This document shows, in pieces, positions 1 through 14,786 of a stretch of 64,000 nucleotides of DNA. The position numbers and the translations under genes are program-made. The notes beneath the pieces are model-generated. The model did no database searches. It saw only the letters and a list, made by a program, of their open reading frames with translations, and had not been told where the DNA came from. How positions within the stretch are numbered: position 1 is the first letter of the stretch; the number at the start of each line of letters is the position of its first letter. This stretch comes from the human T2T-CHM13v2.0 reference genome, Homo sapiens: the NCBI RefSeq assembly GCF_009914755.1, contig NC_060939.1. One strand, given 5' to 3'.

Positions 1-84
1 TGTGTCTGCAGGCTTAATTTTTCCTGGTCATGAGAGAAGAACACAGATGTAGCTGAACTAAGGAGCAAAAACCCGGCATCAATA

Positions 85-405
85 CCTGCTACAGCACAGA
101 TGCAGCATGAAAAATTATGCTAAGTGAAATAAGCCAGTCCCAGCAGACCACTTGCTTTTTATTTCAGAGGCTTATAGGCAAATCTATACAAAGAAGGTGG
201 GTGGTTCCCTAGGGCTGAGGGAGGAAGGGAAAACTAGTGAAGATGGCTAAATGATGTGGGGTTTGTTTTTAGGGTGATGAAAATGTTCTAAAATTAATTG
301 TAATGATGACGGCATAACTCTCTGAAAATACTAAAGTTAATGAATTCTATACTTTAAATGAGTGAATTGCATGGCGTGTTCATTATTTCTCAATAAACCT
401 GTTAC
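85..405 (+). mobile_element. Old L1 (L1MB/L1ME-type) 3' end
   Basis: ATTATGCTAAGTGAAATAAGCCAG, GGTGATGAAAATGTTCTAAAATT and terminal CTCAATAAA motifs. Confidence 0.75.
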
Positions 406-639
406 CCCCCACCCCAAATTAATTTGGTACTAGAGATCTGCAGATAGGTACTGCTTGGTTTCAAATCACTGGCCAGGGTTCAAGGTCTAAGAGAATCAAC
501 AACATGTCCTTTTTATAGAAAAATAGATTTATATTTTACAAGCTATCCTTTTCATTAGTATCAAGTCTGTAAAATTCAATGAAAAATCTTTCTTTCACTG
601 CTTAAAGCACTGACAGATTTATATAGAGGAATAAGACCT

Positions 640-975
640 TGTTTTCCTTGGCCCTAATTTCTATCTAAAGGGTCTGGGAAACACACCCTTCAAACTATCA
701 AATCTCATCAGATGGGTTTTATTAACACTTATAATGTGGCTTCCTTTCTAATCTGATTCTGGTGCAACATCACAGAGAGAAGAAGCTGAAGGAAATCAAA
801 ATAATTTACCCCCAAATATATTGTTTGACGTATTTTGAAATGGCTGCTGCAGGGCCAAGAGATTGAAATGGCCCTCATTAAGGTAGCCCAATCTCCCCTT
901 CTAGGTCTTCCCAGATCTGGGGAAGATTAACTAAAAGCCTGAGGCATTTAAAGTTTGAAAAGATATATTTACTCT
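640..975. mobile_element. ERV1 LTR fragment (MER34/MER39-like)
   Basis: TCTATCTAAAGGGTCTGGG...AATCTCATCAGATGGGTTTTATT...TTTACCCCCAAATATAT resembles recalled MER34/39 LTRs; subfamily uncertain. Confidence 0.5.
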
Positions 976-1096
976 CTATTTTCTCAACATATTTTGGCAG
1001 AATTTGGATTTTTCCATTATCAATATTTTCCAAAATGCATGATTTTTAATACCAAAACTGATTTAAAATTACCATACGTTGGAATATAAATTATTC

Positions 1097-1534
1097 TATT
1101 ATAAAGATACATGCATTTGCATGTTCACTGCAGCACTATTCACAATAGTAAAGACATGGAATCAACCCAGATGGACATTATCAGTGATAATGGGATAAAG
1201 AAAATGTGGTATATATACACCATGGAATACTATGGAGCCATAAAAATGAATGAGATCGTGCTCTTTGCAGGGATATGGATGAACCCGAAGCTGATATCTT
1301 CAGCAAACTAATGCAGGAAGAAAAAACCAAACACTGCATCTTCTCACTTATAAGTGGGAGCTGAACGATAAGAACACATGGACTCAGGGAGGGGAACAAC
1401 AAACACTGGGGCCTGTTGGGGTCAGGAGGGAGAGCATCAAGATCAATAACTAATGCCCACAGGGCTTAATATCTAGGTGATGGATTGATAGGTGCAGCAA
1501 ACCATCATGGAACACGTTTACCTATATAAGAAAC
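1097..1534 (+). mobile_element. L1PA/L1PB 3' fragment (ORF2 end and 3' UTR)
   Basis: GCACTATTCACAATAG...CCATGGAATACTAT...TTCTCACTTATAAGTGGGAGCTGAAC; explains ORFs 1111..1311 and 1181..1402. Confidence 0.85.
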
Positions 1535-1535
1535 T

Positions 1536-1630
1536 TGTTGGCCAGACTGGTCTTGAACTCCTGACCTCATGATCTTCCTGCCTTGGCCTCCCAAAGTGCT
1601 GGGATTACAGGTGTGGCCACCATGCCTGGT
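1536..1630 (-). mobile_element. Alu left-arm fragment
   Basis: CTCCCAAAGTGCTGGGATTACAGG. Confidence 0.85.
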
Positions 1631-2001
1631 GGCTATTTCTCTTTTTAAATTCTCTCAGGACTCCTAAAATCTCAAAACTTTGACCTAGATTCCCTAATCT
1701 ACATTTCCAGCTCTGACCATTTTCTTGAGGTCTCTTCCTTCTAGTACCCATATTATAGAAAATATTCTCAACCACATGCTCATACATTGCTAATTGGTGC
1801 AGATTACTTTTGTAGATAGTGAATGTTGTCTATTTTATGTTGGTTCTCATTAATGTTACTTTGAGTATACTGTTATTTTCTAATCTCAAAGGGGGACTAT
1901 CTCACTGTTATGATACTAACCAGTATACTTTGTCCTTTTTTTCTTGCTTTCTTCTTTTTTGGACCAGTATACTTTGTCCCTTTTTTTGTTTTTCTTTTTT
2001 T

Positions 2002-2320
<319 letters not shown>

Positions 2321-2709
2321 TGAGAATCATATTATCAATTGTTTGCCTTTGTTTTCTTTTAAAGAAATTCCTTTTCCATAGAGATATGGCATGATGAAAG
2401 TCTTGTTCTAAAGTTTCTTTTGGGGGACATTTAACTATGTCATTGGGAAGCTTCAGTAAGTAGAGATCTCCCTTCTTCTCACTCAAGATTCTTCATCTCA
2501 AAATGGTGTCCACCAAATGTCTTAACCCAGTTAGTCTTTTGTGTAGAAATTCATGAAATAAGAACCTTCTTGAGAAGTTGGAGGCTAGTGATTGAGATGG
2601 TTTAATGCTGCCCCTTATTATATGTTTTACTCCCAAGGTAGACATCAAAGTGGCTAATAATTCTATGACTGATGTCTAACTCACTTCTAAGGGAATCTAT
2701 ACAAAACGT

Positions 2710-2875
2710 TTTATTTATGAGACAGAGTCTCCCTCTGTTACCCAGCCTGGAGTGCAGCGGCTTGATCACTGTTCACTACAGCCTCAATATTCCAAGCTCA
2801 AACGACCCTCCTACCACAGCCTCCCAATGTAGCTGGGACTACAGGCGTGCACCACCATGCCTCAGATAAGTGTTT

Positions 2876-2917
<42 letters not shown>

Positions 2918-2995
2918 GACAGGGTCTCACTATATTGCTCTGGCTGGTCTCAAACTCATGGGCTCAAACGATCCTCCTGCTTCAGCCTTCCAAAA
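2710..2995 (-). mobile_element. AluJ with expanded 36-T middle linker
   Basis: Alu arms flank a pure T run at 2879-2914. Confidence 0.85.
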
Positions 2996-4089
2996 CCAGG
3001 TGTTTAACTGGGGACTAACATGAAACACTTAGAAGACTACGTGGAACATAGTGAGCTACATAAAATATTTGCTATTAGCATAATAATTTTATTGTATATC
3101 TTAACAAAATTGTGTATTTTAGGCAGGTGGCATGCCAATGGAAGTACTCTCCTATAGCTGCACTGAATCATTCTTACCACTGAGAGTTGCAGCAAATGGG
3201 GGACATAATTTATAACTTACTTTTCTCTCTGTATGACTCATTAGGCAATGACTATGTATGTACTACAATGTAAACAGCACCTCCTGGATTGAATAGTACA
3301 TAACTGACATGACCAGCAGAGACAGGCTAAAGACACTGAGCTGAAAACCCTGGACTCTATTGCTAAATCAAGGCTCCTGAATCCGTTCCCTCTGAGCAAC
3401 TGTTGCTGTGGTGCTGCCTTCACAAGCACTCTGCTGAGCACACAGATTGAGGGGCTGTGCTATCCGTCATCGGACAAGCTGCACCCAGAACTGTTCAGCT
3501 GACAAACTGGTAGCAGTCCAGAAACACAGTTCTGCTGCATAGTGAAAAAAGGCCAATTTACATTATTTTTCATAGAGAGAAAAACATAAACATGTGATTG
3601 AACGAGTCTCCTGTATTAGACTAATTGGGTTGGCTTTGATATTTAATTGCTAAAAACACACTTAGAATACAAACCTTACTGTGTCAAGGTCTCAAAGAAG
3701 AAATAATTGGTATGGTATAAAGTATTGAATTGTATGCTACAAACTTCTAAGCTAAAATATTTTCAATGTATGCAAGGATAGGTGGCATACATATTATATA
3801 TTATTCCCCCATTAAGCAAATTTATAATGAGAGAAAACTATCTTCCATAAAAAAATAAAAGCCATGTAAAATTAAGAACTAAGTTTTTCTGCACAGACTA
3901 GACAACGATTGCTAACACATGAGGTCAATGAGAGAACACTCAGAGAAAGCTTCATGAAAACAATAAATTGTCTGCCACGTCTGAGTGAATGAGGCTAGAT
4001 GAATAGAAACTGAGAAGGCAGAAAGGATAGCATGAGCAAGACAAGTGCTGAAATCTGCCCAATTAACTCTGAGGATAAAGTCCAATGGC

Positions 4090-4595
4090 AGAGAAATAAA
4101 AACGCTTGTCCACATAATAACCTGTAAGTGAATGTTCGCAGCAGCATTTTTCATAAGAGCTAAACAGTGGAAACTAACCTAAAGGTCCATCAACCGATGA
4201 ATGAATGGAAAACCAGTATAGACATGGAATAGAATATCACTTAACTATAAGAAGAAATAAACTACCAATGTGTGCTAAAACATTATGCTAAGTGAATTCT
4301 GAAAACATTATGCTAAGTGAAAAAGCCAGTCACAAAGGACTACGTATTGTATAATTCTATGTATATGAAATAAGCAGAACAGGTAAACATATGGAGACAA
4401 AAGTAGATAGATGGTGGTTGCCTACAACAGAGGTAGGTGGAGGGACATGGAGGAAGGCTGCAGTCATGCCTAGGAGATGTGGGGTTGCTTTTCAGGTGAT
4501 GAAAATGCTGTGAATATACTAATAGATACTCAGTTGTACATTTTAAATGGTTGAACTCTCTCAAATGTGAATGATATCTCAGTGAAACTGTCTTT
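4090..4595 (+). mobile_element. Old L1 (L1MB/L1ME) 3' end
   Basis: AATGTTCGCAGCAGCATT...CCATCAACCGATGAATG...ATTATGCTAAGTGAA (locally tandem-duplicated at 4277-4322). Confidence 0.75.
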
Positions 4596-5236
4596 AAAAT
4601 CCAAAGGCAGGATCAAGATAATTTTCTCAACTCTCAATTTTTGATGTACATGTTATCTCAAATTTAAATATTTCCACAGTTTTATAGTATATTTTAAATA
4701 AAAGATAAAGAAAATGCCTAACTTTTCAAATAGTTTGTAAATTAACCTAAAACATGCACTTTTAAAAGAATAGTATAATGGCCTTTCTGTACAAGTTAAC
4801 CTAGAATCTGTGAAATAAATAGACACAGATTCTGTGTCCACTCACAAAAGTGAAGAAATAAGACAATTTTCTGGAACATTCCATGAAACATTCTTCTCTG
4901 ATTTAATCTGGCCTGCCTCATCAGAGCAATACAAAAATTACTTAAAAATACTGTTTTAACAGGACAAAAGTCAGTTTTCTATGAGGAATGATGTATAATT
5001 CTCAACTTTTTCAAGGGTACATATTGTAAGAGAAAAGGTATGCAATGGTTTTTCAAAATGGTAGAATGAAAGTCACTATATAAAAAAATAAGTACATTAT
5101 AGAGATAGTAAAATGGAAATAATTCATTGTAATGAAAATAAAAAATCAAGCTTCTGCCATAATTAGTATCCTAAAACATGTTATGTAATTCAACTAGCTA
5201 CAGAATAACCGTTGACATGCTAAGTTCCATACATAC

Positions 5237-5385
5237 TTGACTTTCCACTTGAAATAATTTCTTCTTTGGGACCTGTGTCTCATCCAAATTAATGTGATAA
5301 TGTGATATACTTCCAGTGGAGACTCTAACATAGTTAATTTTTTTAGGCTGTCAGCTGCTTCTTGCTGAAGTTGTCTCACAACCAC
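5237..5385 (-). pseudogene. ANKRD26/ANKRD18-type coiled-coil exon downstream of the ANKRD20A terminal exon (149 nt, frameshifted)
   Basis: ttttctcAG|GTGGTT...AGTCAA|GTatgt; reads VVVRQLQQEAADSLKKLTMLESPLE, then shifts frame to ISHYHINLDETQVPKKKLFQVESQ. Confidence 0.85.
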
Positions 5386-6540
5386 CTGAGAAAATAGTTT
5401 TGTTACTGATTTTATAAATTGCCTTATTATTAAATTATGTTAATAATATTTAACTCTAACATACGTACTTTGAAAATTATCACCACACATATCGATTCAC
5501 CTTCTTTTAATCACATGTACACATTTTTATTTATTACTGAATTCAGTGAGGGATGCACAATATGTTCTCTTCCTGCCAAATTGGTATTCTCTTACTTACA
5601 TAACAGATTCATCCCACCATTCAATCATCTTAGAAGCTCAACTCAACCTCAAAGTTCCTCACATATTCAATCACCTGTTCAAATCCTTCCAACAGATTCC
5701 TATCTCAGAATAAAAGTAAAATTCCAATGGCCTTTGAGGTCCTAGGTAAACAGGTCTCTACCTCCCTCTCTGACTTCAAAGCTCCTACAACTCCCTCCTG
5801 TAATTACTCCATTCCCACTGTACGTGAAGCCTGCCACCCCTCAGTCTGAAAATAGGGATCTAATGCCTTATTCATAAATCACAGGCAGCTACAAGTATCT
5901 TTGTACTGAACAAAATTATATTCCAATGATAGCCATTGAGCCTTGAAATAAAAATTAGGAGCTAATTATTAATATAAATATTCAAAGTAAACTATAAATA
6001 CCAGTGGGAAGACTAAACCAAATATACTTTTGCTAAATATTACCACATGTATCCTAAATTATGATTTTATAACAAGTAGGTGCCTTTAAAACATTACATA
6101 GTCATAAAAATATGTAATTTGACATATTTTCAGATTTGTTAAATTAATATGATTAATAACAAAGATATACCAACTAAAATACATAAAAAGCTACTTAAAG
6201 CAAGGTATTACAAGACACAGCAATACACTTCAGTTCATCTGGGAAATCTAGAATTAAGTGTCAAAGAAAATCAATTAAATTTTAATTTGAAAATACTCAT
6301 TTCAGGTGTAAACATTTCCATTTATACTTACATTATGGTCTTAACATGTGGCAACATAAAGTCATTAAAATTATTATTTCACCAGTACAGAACTATCTAT
6401 CTTAAAATATGACTCTGTGCCTAATAAAATTTCATAGGTGACACAATGTCTTTTCTCAAAGTAAATCATCTCTCACCTCTACCTTTTATTTCCTAGAAAT
6501 GGGGCACGTTTCTAAGCTGGTATAGTAAACACGGTTTTCC

Positions 6541-6820
6541 TTTTTTTTTATTAAAACAGCTTTGTTGAAATATAATTTACATACTATAGAATGTATCTGT
6601 TTTAACTTAAAGTTAAAAGATTTTTTAGTCCATTTACTGAGTTGTGCAGCCATCTCTACAATCCAACTTTACAGCATTTCCATCACTGCAAGATCCCTCA
6701 CGCCCATTAGCAGTCACTACCAGCTTTCAGCCCCAGCCCTTTGCAAACATTAGTCTACTTTTTGTCCCTATACGTTTATCTTTTCTGGATGCTTCATGTA
6801 AATGGAATTATACAGTATGG
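6541..6820 (-). mobile_element. L1MB-type 3' end, sense to the pseudogene
   Basis: CAGCTTTGTTGAAATATAATTTACATAC...ATGGAATTATACAGTATG; AATAAA on the minus strand at 6547-6552. Confidence 0.8.
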
Positions 6821-6887
6821 TAAACACACTTTTTATCCATTGATTTTTATATTCAACTAAGTTCAACATGTATCCAGAACCAAATGT

Positions 6888-7859
<972 letters not shown>

Positions 7860-8075
7860 CTAAATAAAACAAAAGAAAGTTTTAGCTAGTACTCAATAAA
7901 ATATCATGATTACCTCTGAAGTTAAAGAATAACCTGCACATCCACATACTAAAAAGGTTACTGTAAGTGGATATCCAACTGGAGAAAAAGTTGAAGCAAA
8001 ACTTTGTACTTTATAGAGCATAAGTTCCAAAAAGTTCAGAAATTTATTTAAAGTCAATGAATTTATAAAAGTAAA

Positions 8076-8097
8076 CACACACACACACACGCACACC
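8076..8097. repeat. (CA)n microsatellite
   Basis: cacacacacacacacgcacacc. Confidence 0.8.
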
Positions 8098-9026
8098 AGA
8101 GAATTTTTAAGAATTTCAGAATTGGAAAAGCCTTTCCCTGAATTACAACAAACTCAAAAGCATAAATTAAAGCATTAACAAATTTGACTAAATTAAAATA
8201 TATCAAAAATTGCATTTACACTTTGATATCTAACCCATACACCACCCTATAGTAAGAACCTTATTTCACACATATTTGGACAGATAAAATTTCCCAGAGT
8301 TATTACAGTTCTGTTTCACTGATAACATTCTATTTTAATTTGACTCTTTTAACACTTTTATAGTCAGTTGAAAGAATTACATTTACTAAATCGTAAATCT
8401 AGACATTATACTAGTCACTCCTATATACATTCATTGATGAGCTCATCTAGTTACCACAAATTTGAAAAAGAAATGTTAAAAATATAAGCAAGCTACAGGA
8501 TTTTCCCCAGGACTTCTTACTCTACTTCTAGTTCTCTGACAGATCACAGTTACTTCTGTGGTGTAAATGTATCAATACGAAAGAAAACTTTTATTTCAAA
8601 ACACCAATGGTAAATAAGATAAAATTTATAGAGCTCTTCTTAGAATATCATGAGATTATTTGTGATTGCAATAATTTGTTTCCTCTTTATAGTATTAGGT
8701 ACAGTAATCAATATGAAATGGCGGGAAGTACAAGGAACAATTTTACTGGGAACAAAATCTTTATCAATAGGTTATCACTAAGTATATATTATGGCATATT
8801 ATTGTTTTCAAAAGCTCTTTGTAATAAAATAATATCCTATGTGGATGCCAAGATTTATAATAAAAATAATTGTACCTGTAAGTGTCATCATTCATTTTTT
8901 AAAAATGAGATAACATTTCTGGTTTGTTTTAGACCAAAATATTATATATTAAATCAAGAGGATATTATAAGTAACATTGATAAAATAAAGTTTAAAATAT
9001 AGAATTTTTACCAAAGATTGATTTAT

Positions 9027-9206
9027 CTGATTTGGAGTATTTCTTGTAGTCTTCGGTTTCATCTCTAGTGATTCAATAGTTGGTTCAAGTTGTTTTGCTT
9101 CAACTTCTTTCTTATATTGTTTCTCTTTCCTTTCTAATTCTTCTCTATTTTTTTGTACAGCATATTAACATTTGTTTTTTCTTCACTTTCTTGTCTTAAG
9201 ATGCAT
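9027..9206 (-). pseudogene. ANKRD20A: ANKRD20A exon (recalled exon 14), frameshifted, donor mutated
   Basis: ctgcAG|ATGCATC; CILRQESEEKTNVNMLYKK, then an A7 run (A8 needed), then REELERKEKQYKKEVEAKQLEPTIESLEMKPKTTRNTPNQ; the donor reads CAG|ATAAAT. Confidence 0.88.
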
Positions 9207-10250
9207 CTGCAGACAAAGACATTTATCTTAAAATTCATTTTGTTAAAAAATAAAGAGATCATCCTGTGATCTACCTCTGCAGATGCTCTTTATCATCCTA
9301 GTAAAATTTCTGTTCTGGATTATTTTTCCTTTGTAGTTCTCAAATATTTAATTTCTCACTTCAACATCTTCAAACGAATGCATATACTTGAAAAGTAGTA
9401 AGGAAAGAATATTCTGCTAAAGTTTTTATTACTAGTCACTCTAGTATGTATTATACAAAAAGATACTGGAAATAATTCAGTATAGTTAGAAGTTCAAAAC
9501 TACCTTTTCAAATCACACAGTCATAATTACTACCTGATTAGAAAAGGTCATTTACAATCAACTAAATTTTTAAAGTTACTATTTATTGACAAGCGTATAA
9601 GTTCACTAGAAATAAGTTTTCATCTCTATGAAATATTGCAGGTGTCTCTCCAAATGATTTACAGAGTAAGATGTCTCTCACACAAACTATATCTGCAGAT
9701 TATTGTCATCTAAAACTAGGCTAAAGAGTCTAACATCTGTTACCCCACACTTTTTCTAATTCTTTCTTAATACTTCCAATTCACCTTCTTATTACATATA
9801 TTTTATATATTTATTAAGCTATTGTTCATTATGTGTAATATATAATTAATGCCCTTAATAAGTGTGTGTATGTTTACACAAGTTATGTTTTCCTGTGAAA
9901 TCTAGTCCCAGAAGTGGAGTTGTTGAGTTAAGGGGATGTCAGGTTATTTGAAATTTTGATAAACAGCACTAAGTTACCCTTCAGAAATAATTTACCAATT
10001 TCATATACCAACAGTGTATGAGAATGCCTTTTTCCTCTCATTTTCAATGGTAGGAATTACTTTTTCAATATCAGCATGACTTTACAAAATATATCTTATT
10101 TTATGTTAATTTGCATTTTTCTGATTACCAGGCAGGGCTAAATATCCCTGGTAAAACTATAAAACTTTTTAATCATAATGAACATTAGTCCAATTTTGAA
10201 TTAGTTTATAGCACAATGACAATTATCTGCTGAGAAATACTGCTATAGGT

Positions 10251-10551
<301 letters not shown>

Positions 10552-10570
10552 CTGCTATAGGCTTACTTAC

Positions 10571-10734
10571 CTATCATGCTCTTCCTTCAGTTTCTTGGGA
10601 AATTGCTGAGGATACGTTTTCCCAATCTTTCTTTCTTTGGTTAATCTGTCAGCAGCAGCAGAAGATGTACTATGACATACATTTTCTGATAGTTGTATTT
10701 TTTCACTTTTGTTTGTATTATTTCCTTCTTTGAC
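10571..10734 (-). pseudogene. ANKRD20A: ANKRD20A exon (164 nt)
   Basis: ttaaAG|GTCAAA...GATAG|GTAAGT; VKEGNNTNKSEKIQLSENVCHSTSSAAADRLTKERKIGKTYPQQFPKKLKEEHDR. Confidence 0.9.
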
Positions 10735-12480
10735 CTTTAATAAAAGTAATATGAACAATAATTATTATTTTATTCAATAAAAAAAACTTTTTCCCTGATT
10801 TTTTAACTTGATTCAGGTTAACTATCGCCATTTTAATGATAAAAATATTTTGTGCTTACTTTAATTTTATCATTATACATAATAATTATAAGATACTCAT
10901 CATTTTATCATTGAAATTTTTGTCAAGTCTGCTCATTTCTGTTTGAGTGAATGGAAGAATTTTCCAAAATTTCAAAAAGGACTCTTCTCCATTTTGTGCT
11001 TTTATTCGCATCCACTCTTTGCTATCTGATATAAATGTTTATGCTAGTTGACTGGCAGAAACAGAGAAATAAAAAGACACAGGCATAACATATATCTTCT
11101 GTCATTGCCACATGGATTTTACATGAAATAGCCAGATTAAGAGGAAGTAACCTTGTAGGCCTTCAAGAACAGTAAAGAAGTTTTCCCTTTTCTGCACTGA
11201 GCTATTCTTTTCCCCACTGCCTTTTATCTCTTTTTATTTTTTTTTTGAATCCTGGGATATCAAAAAAGTGAAAGTTCTCCCTGAACTATGGGAACCAATG
11301 TTTGTTTGCCACAACACAAGAAGCAGAGTGAAACTGCTGAGTTTCTAGTGCAGAATTCTGGAAAACGAGATGCTTCCCAGATTTCACATTCAATTACCAC
11401 AAATGTTTATAGGTGGAACACATATGGTACAGTTATCTACTTAAGCCATATTATCTACTGAAAACGGGAGTCAAACCAACCAAGACATATGAAATGTTTC
11501 ATCCAGAGCTCTTGAGGCGGCATTCCCTAGCATTTCATGGCACCAAATAACATGATACAATTCCATGTTACTGAATTACATAAATTACCAGATAAATTTA
11601 TCAAATTAGTCAGATATATTAAAAGTCTAACTTGAGCAAAGCAATTTAACACCTCAGAGGGTGGAAAAAGGCCTCATCTACTTTTACTTTGAAAGAAGAA
11701 AATCTCTAGATTTTTGTCTATCTTTAGAACACAGTGTACAGAACTCAACTTTCTACTAAAGAGTCAAAGGTTAAATTTTTAGCTAAGAAATTATGCTTCT
11801 TACATGATAAAAATCATACATGCCAAAACTTACCATACTTTATTAAACAACATAATGTAAGGTCTGATTCAACAGAAATATTGGAGTGGTGATTTTTTAA
11901 AATATGTGGAAGTATATATTTGTTTTCAAAATATTAGAAATAACCATGATGGAACTATAAATTCAAACAGTTTGAGCTAAGCAGATAAACTTGCATGCAT
12001 GAAAACACATTAAACAGACTCATTTGGCTGGGAATATTCATTGCAACTCTCAAGGCTAGAAGTGTTTTTGTGGCTCATCTCAGTCATTGCTTCCCTCCCG
12101 TTGTATTCCCATTCTATCATTAAATAAATGTAATTCATCTCTAAATGACTATAGTAAAAAGAATCTAGAATCTAAAACTTATTTCTTTAGCAATTTCTTT
12201 ATGTTGATCTGGTTCAGAAGGTCACATGGTATATGGCTGAATTAGTTTCCCAGCTCATATGCCACTTGGAAGACTGAGAGTGAGAATTAGGTTGATTAAT
12301 GAACAAACATTATGAGAACATTCTCCAGAACCGTTGTTTAGATAGCAGGACTAGTCTACTTTGACACATAATTACACATTTAGAAAACCCCGCTGTAACT
12401 GTACACATGGGATTTTCTTGAATAGAAAATTTGACTAAATCAAATAATTGATAAAGAGAAAAAAGAAGCAGCAAGTGAAC

Positions 12481-13610
12481 CTCTGTCTTTTTGAAGTTGG
12501 ACTTTCTCTTTCTCCAAAGCCAGGAACTCTACTTGTAACATGCCTACCTCATTCTTTTTACTATTATTATACTTTAAATTCTGGTACATGTGCACAATGT
12601 GCAGGTTTGTTACATATGTATACATGTGCTATGTTAGTGACCTTGAAATATCTTGCTGTAAGTTTCTAGCTCTATTTTTGATGTTCTCTCACTATGTGGC
12701 AAAGAATAACCCGGATTTTATAATTCAAGATTCATGGTTTTGTAGTTATTAACACTGGGATTGTCATTCAGTGGCTTCTGGAATAAGCATTGTGTTGGCT
12801 TTCTGTTTTTATAAGTATCTGTAGCAGCAGAAATACTGTGGCTTTCTATCTGAATCATATGCTTCATTTCTTTGGGGAAGGTAAACCACAAATCAAAAAG
12901 ACTTTCTGGATCTCTAGACTGAGACCAATGCCTAATGTCTAATTTCCAATTAGTGGTATTTGGGTTTATATATTTTTCCATTTGCATGTCAAACTCTTAA
13001 TCATCTTTCATTTCAATCATAATTACTGGGTTCCTTACTTTTTCAGTTTCTATATCATAACAAAAATTTTCATCATCTGTGTTAGAAACAAGCTGTGTGT
13101 CTGGTTTGTTATCATTTTTATAGTCTGATTTATTTTAATTTAAATGAAGCTTAGAAGATGACTGGTAAGTGTATTTCAGGGACCTGGAGTGTGAATGGAA
13201 TAAAAAGACATTTGACATGGGCTTCCTCTGTTCAGGCGCTGCCTGGACTGCCACAGAGCTAGACCCTCCAGATACATTTTTCTCCTCAAAATCAGGGACA
13301 TGATTCATCAGACTAGAGGGCACTCCTTTTTTGTTCATCCCTCTTTAGAGTTACCATGTAGGAGCTCTTCCTCAGGGCAAGCAGTAATTTTGGAGTTTTC
13401 AGAACTTTTACCAATATTCAGCTTGAACTTGTTTGTAATGAATTTTAAAGAAAGTCATGAATATATAGATTGATTCCCCTTATCACTGTTCTTACCCAGT
13501 TCTGATTCTTGAGACTTTTTTTGGTGGAGGGCAGGTGCAAAATGGAAAACAAATTTGCTTGTTTTGTTTCTCAGATGTCTTTTCTGTCAGAGTGCATGTT
13601 TTAAAATTAG
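12481..13610 (-). pseudogene. Decayed large CCDC144/ANKRD26-type exon relic inside an ANKRD20A intron
   Basis: Broken frames ...YQSSSKLHLN, ...SVNNYKTMNLEL and KNEVGMLQVEFLALEKEKVQLQKD resemble the recalled CCDC144A motifs QSSSKFHLH, NNYKSLKPKL and [24 protein letters not shown]; candidate AG at 13611-13612 and GT at 12479-12480. Confidence 0.7.
12557..12639 (-). mobile_element. Very short (~83 bp) L1PA 3' terminus
   Basis: TATTATACTTTAAATTCTGGTACATGTGCACAATGTGCAGGTTTGTTACATATGTATACATGTGC is the reverse complement of the primate L1 3' end. Confidence 0.9.
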
Positions 13611-14786
13611 CTTTAATCAAGTATAAACAAAGAAATATTAGAAAATAATTAAAATTTAACTGTGAAACTTAATCTATGTGTTGCTACTCTTAAATTATAG
13701 GATTGTAACTAAAAAGTGAAAAATAATTTGCCTTGGCTTAACATAGGACAGAAACATGAACCAGCAAGCTGAACTCTCAGTGTCTGTTTGGACTAAACTT
13801 AATGCATTTGTGTAAAATCTACCAGAAATGAATTCAAAGATGATAGGTAGTATTATAAAAGCTTCCTCTCTTACAAAGACTTTACCTCAGCATACCAGAA
13901 AGAGTGAGCCCCTACAGTGCATGTTTATTTCTGAAGATTAACTAGAGCACTAGGCAAACACTAAATTATTAAGAGCTAAACTGAACACCAATAAGAAAGA
14001 GAAGCAAAATTTTAAATTCTAATTCAAATGATATACTATGATAGTGTTATGTATCTAGATAGAATTTCTGCTTATATCCACTTCTAATATATTTTAAGTT
14101 CCGGTAGTGATAGGGTTTGGATTTTTTAAATTTTAGTAATGTTTACTATGTATTTATGTTGAAATAAAGTTATTGTTCACACCCTGACACCAAAGATCCC
14201 ATTCTGCAAGGTAGGATTCTCTTAATAGGCAACTGCATTGACTTTTATGACCCCATTCACTCCCTGAACACAGACACAGAAGTCAACTGGTGACCACAAA
14301 ACAGAATAAATCTTTAACCTCGGCACTGGTGTCCAGAAATATAAAACTGCAACATTTGAAGCACTGGCAATGATGACTCCTTTAACACTAGTTTAACTCA
14401 GTGGCCATTGTTGTTAAACTGTTCATAATTTCTATTCCTCAGTAATATGACCCAATACTTCATGTTACCTTGTGTATTATGAGTAAGGTTATATAAATAA
14501 AACAGCAAGATAATTCTGAAAATTTCTTGCCTCAATTCCAAGGGTAAAGACAGCTATGAGTTACTAGAGATACTAAGAATTACTAGAATAACTAATAGTT
14601 ACTAGAGATAGTAAGAATATCTTAAGTTTCATAACTGATTAAGATGTTTTAAAAATTACATATAAAATTATGATCTATTGGATTCTAAAGGTATAGTCTG
14701 AAAGGTCATGTCATTTGGACTATGCTTTGTTAGTAAAGCAAAAAAAAAAAACCTAATATTAAACAAGAACTTAAATTTTCATATAC

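Noticed and set aside
8607-9002. 131-aa plus-strand ORF
   Set aside because: It is AT-rich antisense intron sequence with a biased I/N/K/F/Y composition and no recognisable homology.
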